Shown here: positions 23,901-37,700 of the stretch, piece by piece
Layout of the letters: every line of letters begins with the position of its first letter
Position numbering within the stretch: position 1 is the stretch's first letter
NCBI GenBank assembly: GCA_048013815.1
Contig: CM106585.1
Coordinates: forward strand, 9,238,001 to 9,302,000
DNA: 64,000 bases
Source: Setoptus koraiensis
Taxonomy: Eukaryota > Animalia > Arthropoda
Direction: 5' to 3'
Position numbers and translations under genes: made by a program
Notes under the pieces: model-generated
The model's database searches: none
What the model was told of the DNA's origin: nothing
What the model saw: only the letters and a program-made list of their open reading frames with translations

Positions 23901-26900
23901 AACAACAACAGCACAAAAGAACACTATTTACACTTGTCGGATGATGCAATATTGTGTGCAATTGTGTGCCGAATATACAATTGTTGAAGAATGAGCTTCA
24001 ACAATTGGGGCTCTATTTAACGGCAATCACACGCTTATACGGATAGCAGGCAAAACGATGATTAATTTCAAGTATTCGACTTTACAAGTGACTGGCGACA
24101 ATTAATTAATTAAGCGTGCGTCGTTGCCGATTGTGTTGTTGCCAAGAAAACAATCGGTTGTTTTCTTGACATTTGAACAAGGGCTGTTACAATACAATTA
24201 CTATACAATACAATTATTATTGCGCGCGCGCGCGCGCTTACGTAATTAACACATTAATAATTCACGAGCAACGAGCGAATTTCATCGAATCGTGTGACAG
24301 CGATATAAACAACAATTAATGGGGCTCGTTATGCGACAATGCAGCTGGCTGGCCGCAAATAAGGCCGGCCGCTCGCTGTAAACCGCATTCAGATAATATA
24401 TTTATCAGTAAATAATTAGTGTGGCTGTATCATTAGCGAGGTAGAGGCGCCCACTAATGATGGAGTTGACAGTTTTGCGACAGTGTGGCCGCTCGTAACG
24501 AGGCTCTTGTTGGCGCAACGAGGCTCTCGTTGCAGCAAACAAACAAATTTCGAATCATCAAGATCGCACAATTATCATACAGTTATTATTAATTATTATT
24601 ATTCTTGGTGTGCGTTCGCAGCTCATACATTTAGTTGCGTTTGGTCTGGCCAGCGAGCAAGCTGGCCAGACCGCCTCTATGTGCCCGGCGTCCAGTGGCA
24701 AGCTCGCCAGATGCCGGGCTGGCCGCTTTAGATGGGGGCGCCAGTTTGGCGTTGCCGCTCAACGAACGGCTGCCAGACGAGGCCGCCAGACGAGGCTGCC
24801 GGACGGGGCTGCAATTGTAAATCTAGTTAGTTATAACTCTATCTCTGTCGCTAGTTGGCGCACCACTTGTGAGTAATTGATGTTCGCTGTGCTCGAGTGG
24901 AACAATTGTGCCCCCTTTCAATTGAGACACCAAACACAGCTTGAGTGTGGCCAAATTTAGACTAGGCATCAACTGACTGAGCGAATGTGAGAGAAATAGA
25001 GAGTTTACACCAGTATGAGATGATCATTAACTCTACCACCACGGGCGCCACTCTGGCCGTTGCGGCCATTTTGGCCAGTTTGGCCATTTTGGCCTGACAA
25101 ATGGTCAGTTTGAGTGTGGTGCTCGCAATCACGACAACAATGGACAATGGCCAATGCGCAAGTGGCTTGTGATTAGGCACGCTCTGACACGGACATCTTG
25201 CATGGGCATCATTAGACGATTTTGCTGCCGTCGGTTCGGTTTGCCTCTCCCTCTTCGATGAGCTCGAACTGTGAACGGGCGAGAGGGGGCCCCAAAGAGG
25301 GAGCCCCAATGGGAGAGCGAGATGTTTGCTCTTTGATTGAACAGCAACAACAACAACAACAACAAGCGACCATTATTGTTGATTATTGTTGTTGTGCGCG
25401 TTATCAGCCAGGTATTTTAACGAGGCGGACACACAAGGGCCTCGCCGGGGTATCTTCGGATGTGTCGTGGTCGACATGTTGCCCGGTTTCTGGCCGGCAT
25501 AGAAATGCCAGGCCAGAGAGGCCAGTTTGTGCAGCCAGCGACAAACTGGCGCGCCGTGCCAAATCACAAACACCTAATGCCTTTGTTTGCTCAATGATAT
25601 CATCGGCTGGCAAGACACAACAATTGGCAAGAGAAACAAGTGATACACATTGAGATAGCTGCGTTACGTAATGCACTGCACTGATTCGCCATGCCAGCGC
25701 GATATCAGTGATATTATATCAGCGATACTATCATGTCAGTGATATAGATCTGTCAGGAAACGCGCACACCAGCTAGCTAGTCTAGTCTATACAGGTAGGT
25801 ATCCGGTGAGCCAGACGGTGGCGGTCGTGTTTTCTTTTGGAATCAATCAAACTCACTAACATCAGTTACAGTTAGTGCGACGACGCCAGACAAGTGCAAC
25901 CAGCGACATTGTTACATAACAAGCTGTTCGGCCGTCATGTTATCACCAGCCCACCCATTAACGGAAACGATGTTGGCAAATTCGCCAGATTATAACTGTG
26001 TTTCAGATAACGCGCTTGGTGTTGGCAAATTAAGACATCACCAGCCAGACACTTGAGATGTGATATCTCTTTATATATCCAGGTATATCAAGTGGCCACA
26101 TAGATGCTGGCCAGCTACATGTTGTGGCCATCATGTTGCCGATGCGCCGTTATTGAGACACTGACATCGCTGCCGATGCGCTCATGATGCCGATGCGCTC
26201 ATGATGCCGCTGCGCGATAATTCCAAAATAATCACATCATCCAACAAAACATGATGCCCACATTCACAAAAGTTGCCAGCCCTATGGCTGGCCAACTGCA
26301 TCAAAGTAGCTGCTGACATTTCTAACAACACTGGCTCACTAATTTGAGATAGCGACATATTTGGCAAGACGCTGTAAGCTCAAATGACAAACAACTTGTC
26401 AGCGTATAAATTATCGTCGCCACTTTTAATGCTCTCACTTTAACTCAATGCAATGTGGCTCGGCTGTCTATGTGCGCAAACGCACTGGTGAAATCAACTG
26501 GCACTTCCGGCCAAGTCGAAACTCATTGCAAGCAATCCGTCCTCAATTGCAGATGTGGTGGCTAAATTAAATGATGCAGCCTAATACACATATACCGTAC
26601 AATAACTATTCATGTTATTCTAACTGCTATTATCTCATTGTGAGCGTGGGTCAAATTGATCGGCGTTGCTCTTTTCAACGACTCTTTTGAGCAGTCTAAA
26701 CATCTCAGCAAACTCTTATGTATTTCTGTTTCAATAAATATGCAAATATCTACTGGGCCGAGACATATGCCAGCTCACAATAACAGTTGATCAGACATAA
26801 CTACGGCTGGCCAATGTTATGCTAGCGATTTTGCCGCTCTTTATTTTCGTTTCACAAAGAACAAAAAAAAAATAATTTGGTCGTAAAAGTGAAGAATTTA

Positions 26901-27785
26901 TTTCACGGCGAAAATATATATCTATGGTAATATCCTTTGCTCTTGAATGTGGCATTTTTCTCTCTTCTTTCCATTGTTCTCTCCACATTCGCCTCGTTCT
27001 TTTTCTCTGTTTGGCTGCGCGTTTTCTCTTTAGTCGTTAGCTGACGATGATATATTAACATTTGTTTGATCGAGTTTTAAACACAAACACTTTCTTGAAT
27101 ACACTCTTACACATAGACAGAGAAAACACAGTTGTCAAGTAAACAAACTTGATGTGTTTTGTTTCGAAACGAACACCAGAACAGATCAGTTACACGCACA
27201 CTTAATAATGACTTGTTTCTTGAATAGATTGATGGCCATTGAGTTGTTTCTTTGACAAGACTGCTCGCAGTCAGTTGCTGTTATTGTTGCCGTCGTTGTC
27301 AAACAAAGACTACAATACACTTTTTGTTGCCTCCTTTTTTTGCTGACAGGCCCTGGAGAAAAATCCTGTCCCGTCGCGTCAAAAAAACACAAACGCTTAT
27401 TCTAGCCGACGAAAACGAAGGCTTTATTTGAGGAGCCTCGCATATTCACCCAGTTGTCTAGTTACTTCCTGGATGAACATCATAAGCGCGTTAATAGATG
27501 GATGATTCCAACAACTGGCTCCTTATTTCGACACTTGATTGCCTGGAGCTGATTTTTTTCTCATTCTCATCTGTATTAATCGAGCAATCGCAAGATGTTA
27601 CGTGACTTGGTGACCTTATTAACTAGTAAAATTGACACTTCTCAAGGATAGATGCGACTTTTACCTTGCAGCGCGACCTGACGTGAGGTTTTTGTTTTTC
27701 AGCGTAACACCTTCTCCAAACCCTTGCTTGTTTGCGCTGAAAATTCACTATCTGATTTTCGTTGTCTATCGATGAAAATTACAGA

Positions 27786-27986
27786 ACGAGAAAACGCTCA
27801 AGACAGCTTCGCATTCTGGTTTGCCCGAGAAGAAAATTTCGGATGCTCGAATTTTCGGATGCTCGAATTTTCGGATGCTCGAATTTTCGGATGCTCGAAT
27901 TTTCGGATGCTCGAATTTTCGGATGCTCAAATTTTCGGTTTTCGGGCGGCGTTTTCTCGTCAGAATCGAAAATTCTGACGAGAAAA
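27786..27986 (+). mobile_element. HINE/DINE-1-like non-autonomous element candidate (Helentron-associated architecture)
   Basis: 12-bp inverted repeat ACGAGAAAACGC (27786-27797) / GCGTTTTCTCGT (27949-27960) flanks six copies of a 16-bp unit AATTTTCGGATGCTCG. A perfect 15-bp stem-loop follows at 27952-27986 (loop CGAAA). Confidence 0.5.
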
Positions 27987-29701
27987 TTTATTTTGTTTTG
28001 TGCCATCTTTTCATGAACAAAAGAGGCAGTAGGTAGTGGAAAAATGGCGGGCTAAACAAATGGGGTATTAAATTTAGATTGGCACAATTTAATGACCACT
28101 GAAAGGGCCGCACTGCGACGGAATGCAGCCTCTGGCAGAATTGTGACCAGAAAAGGGGCACCCGTTGTCCCAAAGCAGGCCGTCATGTTGGCGGCCCATT
28201 AAAAATTCGGAGTACCGAGCTACAATAATTGATCACAATTAGTGTTTGCTAACCATGACCAATTAGTCATTTGATGGTGTGTTGTTAAATGTTGCCAGAG
28301 CAACGTCGAGCTGTTTCTGGCTGTTCGCGGGCGCCCAACGAGCCAGCAATTGAGCCAATTGAAATAAAACTCCACAAACTAGATGACCCAAAATAAATTG
28401 CTGTCAACGTGCTTTGGGTGGGTGGCCCAGTTGAGATTTGTGAGTGCGAGCTATTATTTATGTGTTCGTTGGGTTGACTAACTGGTTAGAAGTGGCCAAT
28501 TGAACTGTCCACGAAAAGCTCTTGGTGTTGTGTGCTTTTTCTACTTGGTATATTGTAGCTAGAACAACAGTGTTGCCATTGGATTGTGTGTAAGTGTTAG
28601 TCAGATCACTTTTTGGCGTTAATCACTCTCTTGTCTGTCTAGAGTTTGGACAGCAGACATTGGGGCTTATCACTGAGAGTGATAAATTATCAGCAGAAGG
28701 CAGCCGCACTAGCTAGCACTGGCACCGTCCATCTTGATAATTAATGATGGCGCTCGCGTTTAAATTAGGCAGCCCAGATAAAGTTGTTGAAGAATCTAAC
28801 CACTGGCAGATTGAACCTGTCAGCGTCGGTGTTGTTGGCCCAATGCTGGCACTGGGGCCAGCATTGTTGGCGCTGTCTAATTTGCATTTTTGCACTTAAT
28901 GGTAGCTGCAGATTGGCAGAGACCGTGCTGGTAACTATGTGGCCTGGGATATACATGAATATAACGGACAAAAACAGAGCAAAATCGCCCCATTTAGGCG
29001 CACCCACACCCACATGCACATGCACACATCGTAGTGATAGTAGTAGTTGGCAAGTCGTCATTGGAAAGAAACTGACTGACGAGGTTGGCCGCGTTGAGGC
29101 CGCTTGCGCAACCGGGCAAACATGTATGACAGCGACGATCGATTTTATCTGATCAGGAATACAATTGATTAGTCATTCTCATGCCACAACAACAACAGCA
29201 GCAGCGCCACGGAGCCACCAATCTCATGGGCGAGCAGTCAGTTGCGAGCGAAGCGGCACCAGCGATGCAACTGCGGCCCTCTGGCAAGTGCCAACTTGAT
29301 GCCGGGCGAAGAAGCCTCGATAAGATCCAACAGCTCAATCGCTCTTGCGCCCTCTCTAACTGCTGCTTGCCACTAAAACTAATCTAGCCAGAACTAGGCC
29401 ACTACAAAGTGCTCGTGGCCAGACAGCCGCACAGCAGCGTGGCTTGCAACGTGGGGGCCCCACGTTGCAAGCCAAAGAGAAATATGACTAGCCGAGGAAT
29501 AAGAGCTCATCGCTCGTTAACTTGTTCATCAATTATAATTTCCCTGTTAGTTGCCATTCGCTTCACGCTGCCACTTCTGGCCCTGGTTTTAGTTGTTATC
29601 AATTTTGTTGTTGTTGTCGCCGTTGTCGTTGTTGTTGCTGTTTCGGTGGTTGCTGTTGTTTCGGTTGTTGCTGCTGCTGCTGTTACGATTGTTTCGGTTG
29701 T

Positions 29702-29773
29702 GTCGGTCGTGTCGGTTGCGTGGGTTGCGTGGGTTGCGTCGGTTGCGTCGGTTGCGTCGGTTGCGTCGGTTGC
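29702..29773. repeat. 9-bp tandem repeat (GTCGGTTGC)x~8 within a GTT-rich low-complexity tract
   Basis: Direct reading. It produces the periodic ORFs in several frames at 29409-29858. Confidence 0.9.
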
Positions 29774-31523
29774 GACGGAGGTCATTAGTAACAAGCAGCC
29801 ACTAATGTTGCTGTCGATAGGACGGCGGCTCGCCAGCACCGCCGCTAAAACACTCTAACAACACCGACTCATTTGGCTGAAAGCACCAGCAACGCCAAGC
29901 TAGCTAAGCATGACAACGACAACGCCACCAACAACAAACTAGCGTGCCTAGATTGGTCAACTTGAGATCCAACAAATGGCCCAATATACACACAGGCGAG
30001 CACACAAAACAGTAGGCATAAGTTGATGATTTAGCACTGGGCTAACCTAACAAGTCAAACGGGCCCCGTCTTCTATTGGCGATTCGCGATTCGCGATTCG
30101 CCATTCGCCATTCGCGGATAAACAGCAGTACGCAACGATTCGTATGAGCGACCATCGGCAGCAGCAACGATTATACGCGAGTAATAATAAGAAAGGGGGA
30201 TAATAATCCGATCGCTTCTGTCGTCTCTGTGCTCGGACCCACACTGCACACACCAGCGACACTGGCGACACTGGCGACACCGGTGGCCCCAACGGCACCA
30301 GCAACGGCTCGAAATAGTCTTGACATCGGAATAACTGGGGCCCTATGTTGGCGCAGCTGATGGGCGGCCAGTCTGATGGGAAAAATCGCTGAGTTATTGC
30401 CATTCAATGGCCAATAATTCAGCGGTCTAGGTAGACCGGCGTAGGTGCGCCGCAAACTCGACTAGCCACCACTAATGCCGGCTCGTGTGTGGCGCGTTAT
30501 TAGCCTCATTGTTGTCACTTGTCGGCGCGCATCTCGTCGAGCTTCGCCAACTGATCGGCTTAGCTTGATGGCATCAGCTGGCAACATTATCACATCAAAT
30601 CAACATTACACACAGATGGACAGTGTACAGCCGCCACCCAGTGCTCATTGCAAGCTACACAATGAGGCCCCGAAAAAGCCAACAGCAAAGCGGGGCCCCC
30701 GCATCTGGACGATAAAAGAAGCGACAACAATTTCGTTTGAGCGCTCATTGCCGACCATTGTTGAGCGCACATCCAGTAGTTGGTATCTGGCTCGATACCG
30801 CAACTGTAAATACAAGTTCAATTTTACATACAACGTGCATGTATATTTCTGCACACATGTCCAACCCGCGCCCAGTGGGTGCCCAACCCGCCCGGCGAGC
30901 CTTGTCCGGCAGCGCCAAGCGAACGGGCCGAACTCGAATCAAGCCAAACTCGAATCAAATTTCCTCGCAACGATACCCCTGATTGGATTGTATCTGTGGG
31001 CGCTTCGAGCTTCCAACTTCCAAGTTCCAAGGCAAGCGGAATCTCCGATGGGATAGCCGAAATTGAGCTGGACGCCCAAAGAGAAATAGAGCGTTCAAAA
31101 GACATAAATCTGACATTGGTGGCTGCAAATCGATACTTGATACGACCCACTTGATAGTCGATGTGGCCCAATGGCGCGCACGCTATTCCATTGAGTCAGC
31201 CATACTACAAGTCAACAATAGTGGTGTGTTTTTTTTTGCCATTTCGTCATTCGCCGATCCCTATTTGCCTAGCTGAGTGGTCAGTTTTGTGATGTCGATT
31301 GTGTCGGTTCTAGTTCCAGTGATATCCTCAAGGCACCGTTTTGTTTGATTTGGCCGCTCTCGATTTGTTTTGTGTGCCATGTTCAACTCTCACCCGAAAA
31401 CTGAACCCAAACGACAACGAATAGCAAGTTTGTACCAAATTCAACCCTTTGTGTCGAACACAAATCTGGGCCATTTGTTTTCGCTGCTACACTAAATAAT
31501 ATTCCGTGTCTTAGTTTCGTTTC

Positions 31524-31781
31524 TCAGATAATATTCTCCATAAGAATATCATCCAAGTCCATGCTAAACTGATGAGCCGGATGATTTGCTCTGACTTTGC
31601 GACAACCATCGGCAATTTGGTGGTGAAAAAAAAAACGCTGAATAGATAATGTTTGTAAAAACTCACCTTGATGATTGGCTGAATTTTCGTGGTAGTTTTT
31701 TGAGATTTCGGCAGAAATAACGAGATGAAATAACAATGAAAATGTAACTGTCGATATTATAAGAATGCTGAACGTCATCAT
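31524..31781 (-). CDS. Candidate signal-peptide exon or small secreted protein (85 aa if unspliced)
   Basis: ATG at 31781: MMTFSILIISTVTFSLLFHLVISA-EISKNYHENSANHQ, then a consensus phase-1 donor CAAG|GTGAGT at 31667/31666. No convincing downstream exon was found. Confidence 0.3.
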   Translation of the reverse strand: MMTFSILIISTVTFSLLFHLVISAEISKNYHENSANHQGEFLQTLSIQRFFFHHQIADGCRKVRANHPAHQFSMDLDDILMENII

Positions 31782-34700
31782 TGAACGGGCCGTCTTTTTG
31801 ATGCAATTCTCGCTGACATGGCGGTGACATTCTTTAGTTCGTCTTCTTCTCTTCCGTTTTCTTCTTTTCAATACTTGATGGTGAATGCAATGAACTTGTT
31901 TCGACCAGGCGTTGCCTGTCCACTTCGTTGTGATCGAGCAGCTATCTGAATTCTTCATAATGATGATAGTAGCTGGGCCACCTGTTAGCCGTTATTATCA
32001 CTCTGATTATCTAACGCATTATTGGAAATAAACAAGATGGAAGCTGGTGATGAAGTTGCGAAAACGATGATAAAAACTTGCTGCTTTCATCGAACTCTTG
32101 TTGAAGAAGCCCGTGCAATTCAGCGCGTTTTTCTTGTAGCAATTGATGCTAGGAATTATTCTTTATTTAGATCACTGATACTTTAACGATTGGCCCTTTT
32201 TGATGCTTTTCTGTCGAGGACAACAATACTTTGGGATATTTTCGTTTTCAGCAAACAAAAATGTTGATCTTGCTGCTGAGCCGAGACACAATAATAAAGG
32301 CTCGTGTCATGTGAGAACTGTAAGGGATCGATTTGATAAAGATGAAAAGATTGAAGGAAAAACAAGGAATTATAATGAGTTTCTTGCGAATTGATGGGCT
32401 CATCATACAGAATATAAAAATGATAGAATCGGTTTGCATCGAGGACCGAAAGTCTGAGAACAGAAGCTGGTTGAGCTTTTCCGACCAACTAACGATCTTC
32501 GCAATCGTTAAGCTCGATCTCATTTAGTTGCACTATTTAGTTATGCGAGTAACCGTACTGTATAGCTGGGTGACTATTGTGATTAATGAGTGCGATAGCT
32601 AGATGGTAAATGTCGGGTAATTAGTGCGAGGTGTTCGCACAAGCAAAGAAGGGAGCATTTTCGGGAGAAAAGTGATGTTAGCCATTATTGAAGATATCTG
32701 CTTTGGTCACCTTTTTTTATGCCAGCTGTGAGAGTTTCGGGCGATCTTATAAAGTTGCAGCAGTGATTTAAAGACAGACACTTTATCTCTTTTGATGGTG
32801 GGGAACCCTTGGAGATCATTATGCGTTTATTGTCTTAGCAGTTGCTAACTTCTATTAGCTGCATCACAGCGCGCTGAGAGTTTCCAGTAGCCAGCCAAGT
32901 GCGCGAATGAATGGAAAAATCCGATGCGTACATGTATCATTAACTCATGGCAAAATAGCAAGCGTCCGCATTACCTGCACCAATAACCAGCTAACAACGG
33001 CGAGTAAGTCACTAATTCCTGTTGCGTTTGTCACGCCACTTATCTGATGTAACTTATCCGCAAGCAGTACTGTTGGAAAAAGGTGTTTCAAGCTCTAATA
33101 GTGCTGCAATGAGAACAAGAGAGCGACAGACAGAGGTGAGGCTGGATGGATTACAAAAGAGTAAACATGCTAAGGAAGCGCGAGGAAGCGGAAGAGCGGG
33201 GCCCCAAAATGAAAAAATCAAATTCAAACTAAATGACAAGCTGATCGTTGGAAAACCGTTAGCAAGCTTCAAGTTGAAGTTAGTATAAATACACATAGAG
33301 CACAACTATTAGTAGGCGACAACAGTTCAGACAAAGCGGTTTACTCGCATTTAACAAAACAAACATTATCTCAGGCGCGTACCTTCTATACCATTAGCAG
33401 TTGATCTTTAAGTCATTTCGGTGTCTTTCTATTCGCCTCTTTTTGTGCCTTTTGCTCTCGTTCTTTTCAGTGCCGATATAATTCTCCCTACCGAATCAAC
33501 TGCTTTGAATATATTCTAAGTAGCAGCAGAACGACGAGATATTCCGTGCCTCAGTGATGTCGCTAGTCGAAGGTAACAACTTGAAGCTACTGTCAATTGC
33601 CGCGCGCTTGCTAAATACTGCTGACATTTGAAATGCAAACTCAGACAAACATTGCCACTTCCGCATTTGCATTTCAAGTCGATCTTTTTTCGAGTCGCAT
33701 CGGTTGTTAGGCTACAAGTGTATGTGCTTATAGCATGCTGTTACGCAATACACTAACACTTTATCGTCGCGCTCAACAGAGGTAGATAATGATCGCCGAT
33801 TCAGTTTACAACAATATCTCAACTATACTCAAATATCTCAAGTATCTCAAATATCTGGCAAGGTGGTGACAATGACAGCTCTTGGTGCCTGAATCATCAC
33901 AGATTGCATGATCGGACCAAATGCTTTCAAGTTGAGATTTTCAAACTGAGCTTTCGGATTTCAAACTTTACGGAAATGAATTCAACCATTTCTCGATTGA
34001 AATGATTGGCTTCTGTACATTTATGATTACGACATCGAGCGAAAGTGGTGCAATTATGCGTTTTTCCTTAACCAAATAAGATGAAAATTCATTTACATCA
34101 CAGTTTGAGCCATTCGCCGAGAAAATCTTCATATATATATATTGTTGTTCGTGGATCGATTTTTTTTTGTATAAGGTTTCGCTATCGCCTGCTCGATAGA
34201 TGGTGCCTCGGTTTGCATCACAATGCAGATCGATCTTGGTTCGAGTGACTTTTATTGACAAAAGGATGAATCACTTTCAGTATTTTTTCCTTATTTTTCG
34301 AATGGAAGCCATTTGATGATCAAATGATCTGGAAGATGTTGAAAATATGAAAAATAATTGACTCTGATAAATGGATGCTTCGAACAGGATAGAGGGGTAG
34401 TGTCTATTCCTCTGATGACATTTCTTCGACTAACCATCCTCGCAGTGCAGGACCAGTCAGTTGTTGGACACAATTATTTTTCTCTCTTCTGTCTCGTGTA
34501 GCTCACTTCTGAATAGTCAAAATTTCGAGATGACCTAGACGGATCTTACTCAACAGAGAATTGAAGCGAAAATCGATTGTGTCCTGCTTCGAGTCCACTT
34601 GTAGTTCTCGGCAACTTTGGCAAATATAAAATCATGATACGACGAAATGGTTGGTGAAATTTTTCATCTTAATGCACTCCTGCATTAACGAGGAAAATCC

Positions 34701-37700
34701 CCAACTTTGAACCTATTGTTGCCGAATATCTCCAAGAATTTTTCGCAATTCAAAGAGAGCGTAATAATGCGAAAATCCATGTGCAATGTCGCCGCTCCAC
34801 GATTTGACGCTTGTCAAGTTGCCCAATTCGCTAAATAGTAGCTTGGACGATTTAATCGGTTATTGAATTGAATTTATCTTGGTTTCATCAGGGAGAATAC
34901 AGTCAGCCAGAGAAAAGTCTTTCGAAGAATTGCGGCATTCAACAAAAGATGCACCAGCTAGGAAACATTGGAAAGAATGCCGTTCTAATGCTTTGCTCAG
35001 TGCCCCTTTGTCACGTAAATGCATCAAAAGCTGACCTTTGTCAGTAAAACGAATAATCATTTGGACTTCCGGTTGACACAAAAAACAAATGATCGTCTTA
35101 CTGGTCGATATATTTGAAAAATTGTCATTACAACGTGCGTCATTGACTGAACTCCGGCATCCGTGGCTTCTTAAGTCGCCTTTGCAGCGCTCAACTGTGC
35201 AAGAACTAGACAGGGTCGATGACGATTCGTTCGTTTTTAATTAATCTAGTCTATCGGAGGCCAGAATAGAATAGTTTTTCTGTATCTGTCTGGCTGGATT
35301 TTTTATTTTAATTGTACAACCCCAAAGAAACTGACTATGTAAAGTGGCGCTCAGAGTTAGTTTGCGCTGATAGATGGCCTAAAGGTGCTACAGAAGTTGC
35401 GTCAATCGATAACGATTAAATTACTTTAGAGCTGGAACGATTGTTTCAAGAGAACTCTAATTGTGAGTTCGATCGACTGAATAGAAGAGTTGTTTGTTCT
35501 GTTATGATATAAGCAGACGATCAATAGACTAAGCCAACGCCAATATTGACACACATACACTCAATATAAGACAGATAAGCTGAGACCAAGAGAGCGCCTC
35601 ATCGGCTAGATTGTCTTAGCGAACTAGCATGGAGATCGCTACTTAAACTAACTCGTTGCTATTGACACAGAGTGAGCCAATCATGAGGTTGATCGTCTCG
35701 AGCCAACTGACATTTAGTGAATAGCTATGCGATCTAGTGCAATTATCTGCCTAGATAAAACCTATGTAGATGATGCAAATTACAAATTAGAACCTATTTT
35801 TAGACTATTATCAGCCGGCTATTGTGAACTGGTGACGAGACACAGCAACTGATGTGAGGTGTCTCAAGTAAAGAGCGTTTTTGTTGTTTGTGTTGTTGGC
35901 ACACAACGATCAAGCTTGACTGGGCCTGAAGTGAGCGAGTGAGCAAAAGTTAATTAAAAGTAGCTAAGTAAAAGTTAATTCAAAGTTCAACCTACATCAT
36001 AGGGCAACATCTCACATCGGCTGCTCACAGAACAATACCGACTGTGAGAATCTTTTCACAGCCTCACTGTCTTCTCACTGACTTGGCTAATAAAATAATA
36101 AATCCAACAACTACAATCTCTTTTATTGTTACTCTTATTATGCACAATAAAATACATAATAATAACGATAAAATAATACATAATGGCAATGCAATATATG
36201 TATATATTCGCATATTATGTCATTATGTAATATTGGCGTGTAGTTTTGCACAAAACAAAGCAATTGTCTGCTCAACTTGTCTGGCTACCACTGACGTGTT
36301 GACGTTGATACAGATTAGACAGAACATAAATTGGGGGAGATAGTCGTTCCCTATCACTGACAACTGAGCACTCAAAACTATCTCAAATCTTTCTCTTCTG
36401 ATGGCTAACTCGGGCTTGCTGTTTGAAAATATTTGCTCAGTATTCACTCGGTATTCACTCAGTATTCTCTCAGTATGATTACTGTGAAAATATTGACATT
36501 GTCCCGCTTTGGTCTACTTACCAGTGATGCGGCTACCAGCAATGTTGTCGTTGTATGTCTGTGAGTTTTCTATAGTGAGCTGGCCAATTCGACTGGCAAT
36601 TAATTCATTCACACGATATTCATGATTCTCATTTCTTCCAATGGTCTTGCTGAATTTCTCTGATTATTTTGCATTATTTTAACGGTCGTAAATATGAACA
36701 ATAACATTATTTTTGCTGAATAATTGCTGATTTGTTTGAGCCGGAAACAATCGATGAGCACTCAATCGTGCGACAGGGTCCCATCACTCTGCCGATGGCT
36801 AATTGATCGATCTGGAGATCGTATTTGAGAATGAAAGTGCAACTTGAGCGTCACTGATCACTTTTCACGGCTCGACGATGAGTAGTTTTTTTTCGCTGAG
36901 TTACAATTGTATCGTGTTGTGCTTTGTTGTCTGAAAATCAAACTGTGACCGATAATACAAGTGCTGCTCGTTGTATCGGTCGAGTCGTAGATTGTCGTAT
37001 GCCGAGTTCAGTTGAGTTTTGTCACACACCTACAACTTTCATAGCTCAGGTTGTTGTTTGTTGTGGTTGTTGCCAGTGTAAATTAAGTTGTTGTTGATGT
37101 CGTGACGGTCAAATCAATACTACTGTATGTGTGGACTGGAAAAAAGAAAAAGAAAAGTTCCTCTCTCTCTACTTATATGTATGTTATTTGTGAATAACAT
37201 ACACAAAAGAAAAGAACAACGGCACGCGTACCTCTCTCAAAGCAAATGTACAGTTTGTTTCCAGTTTATCAACGCATGCGCCTCATTCGGGCCCCATCAG
37301 AGCGCCATCTATGGTGTGGCCTTTGCGGAAAATAAAGCTTTTGTACGATCGAAACATCAAACCAAGTAAATATGCTGACCTGAAGATGACGAATATGCCA
37401 AAATCGGATATACATGTAATTTTATTTTAAATTGAATTTTACTCTATTGTCACGAGCTACATTCGCGCGATCTTCAGACGTTACGCTGTATCAGAAAATG
37501 ACTTCACTCCACTAGCATCGGCACACTACCTAGCGATCATGATTACATGATGATTCGGCACTTTCAAATGTTCATAATCATTAAATCATCAAACGCTAAT
37601 TACTATTTTTCAGCGGCTACCTTATTTTGTTACGAAAAATACAAGCAAGAATCACGAGAGGAGAGAGAATATGCGTTGATTTTTGAAACGAAAAAGATCC

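Noticed and set aside
27724-28036. Overlapping ORFs and a possible CRISPR-like array at the 16-bp repeat
   Set aside because: The units are directly adjacent with no spacers and the context is eukaryotic. The ORFs are repeat translations.
29409-29858. Mucin-like or transmembrane-looking ORFs on both strands
   Set aside because: They are explained by GTT-rich and 9-bp tandem repeats that stay open in several frames. No splice or homology support.
30475-31056. ORF containing KRGPRIWTIK, reminiscent of the Lim1 homeodomain start KRRGPRTTIK
   Set aside because: No helix 1-3 residues or WFQN motif follow in any frame. The match comes from a GGGCCCC motif that is abundant here.
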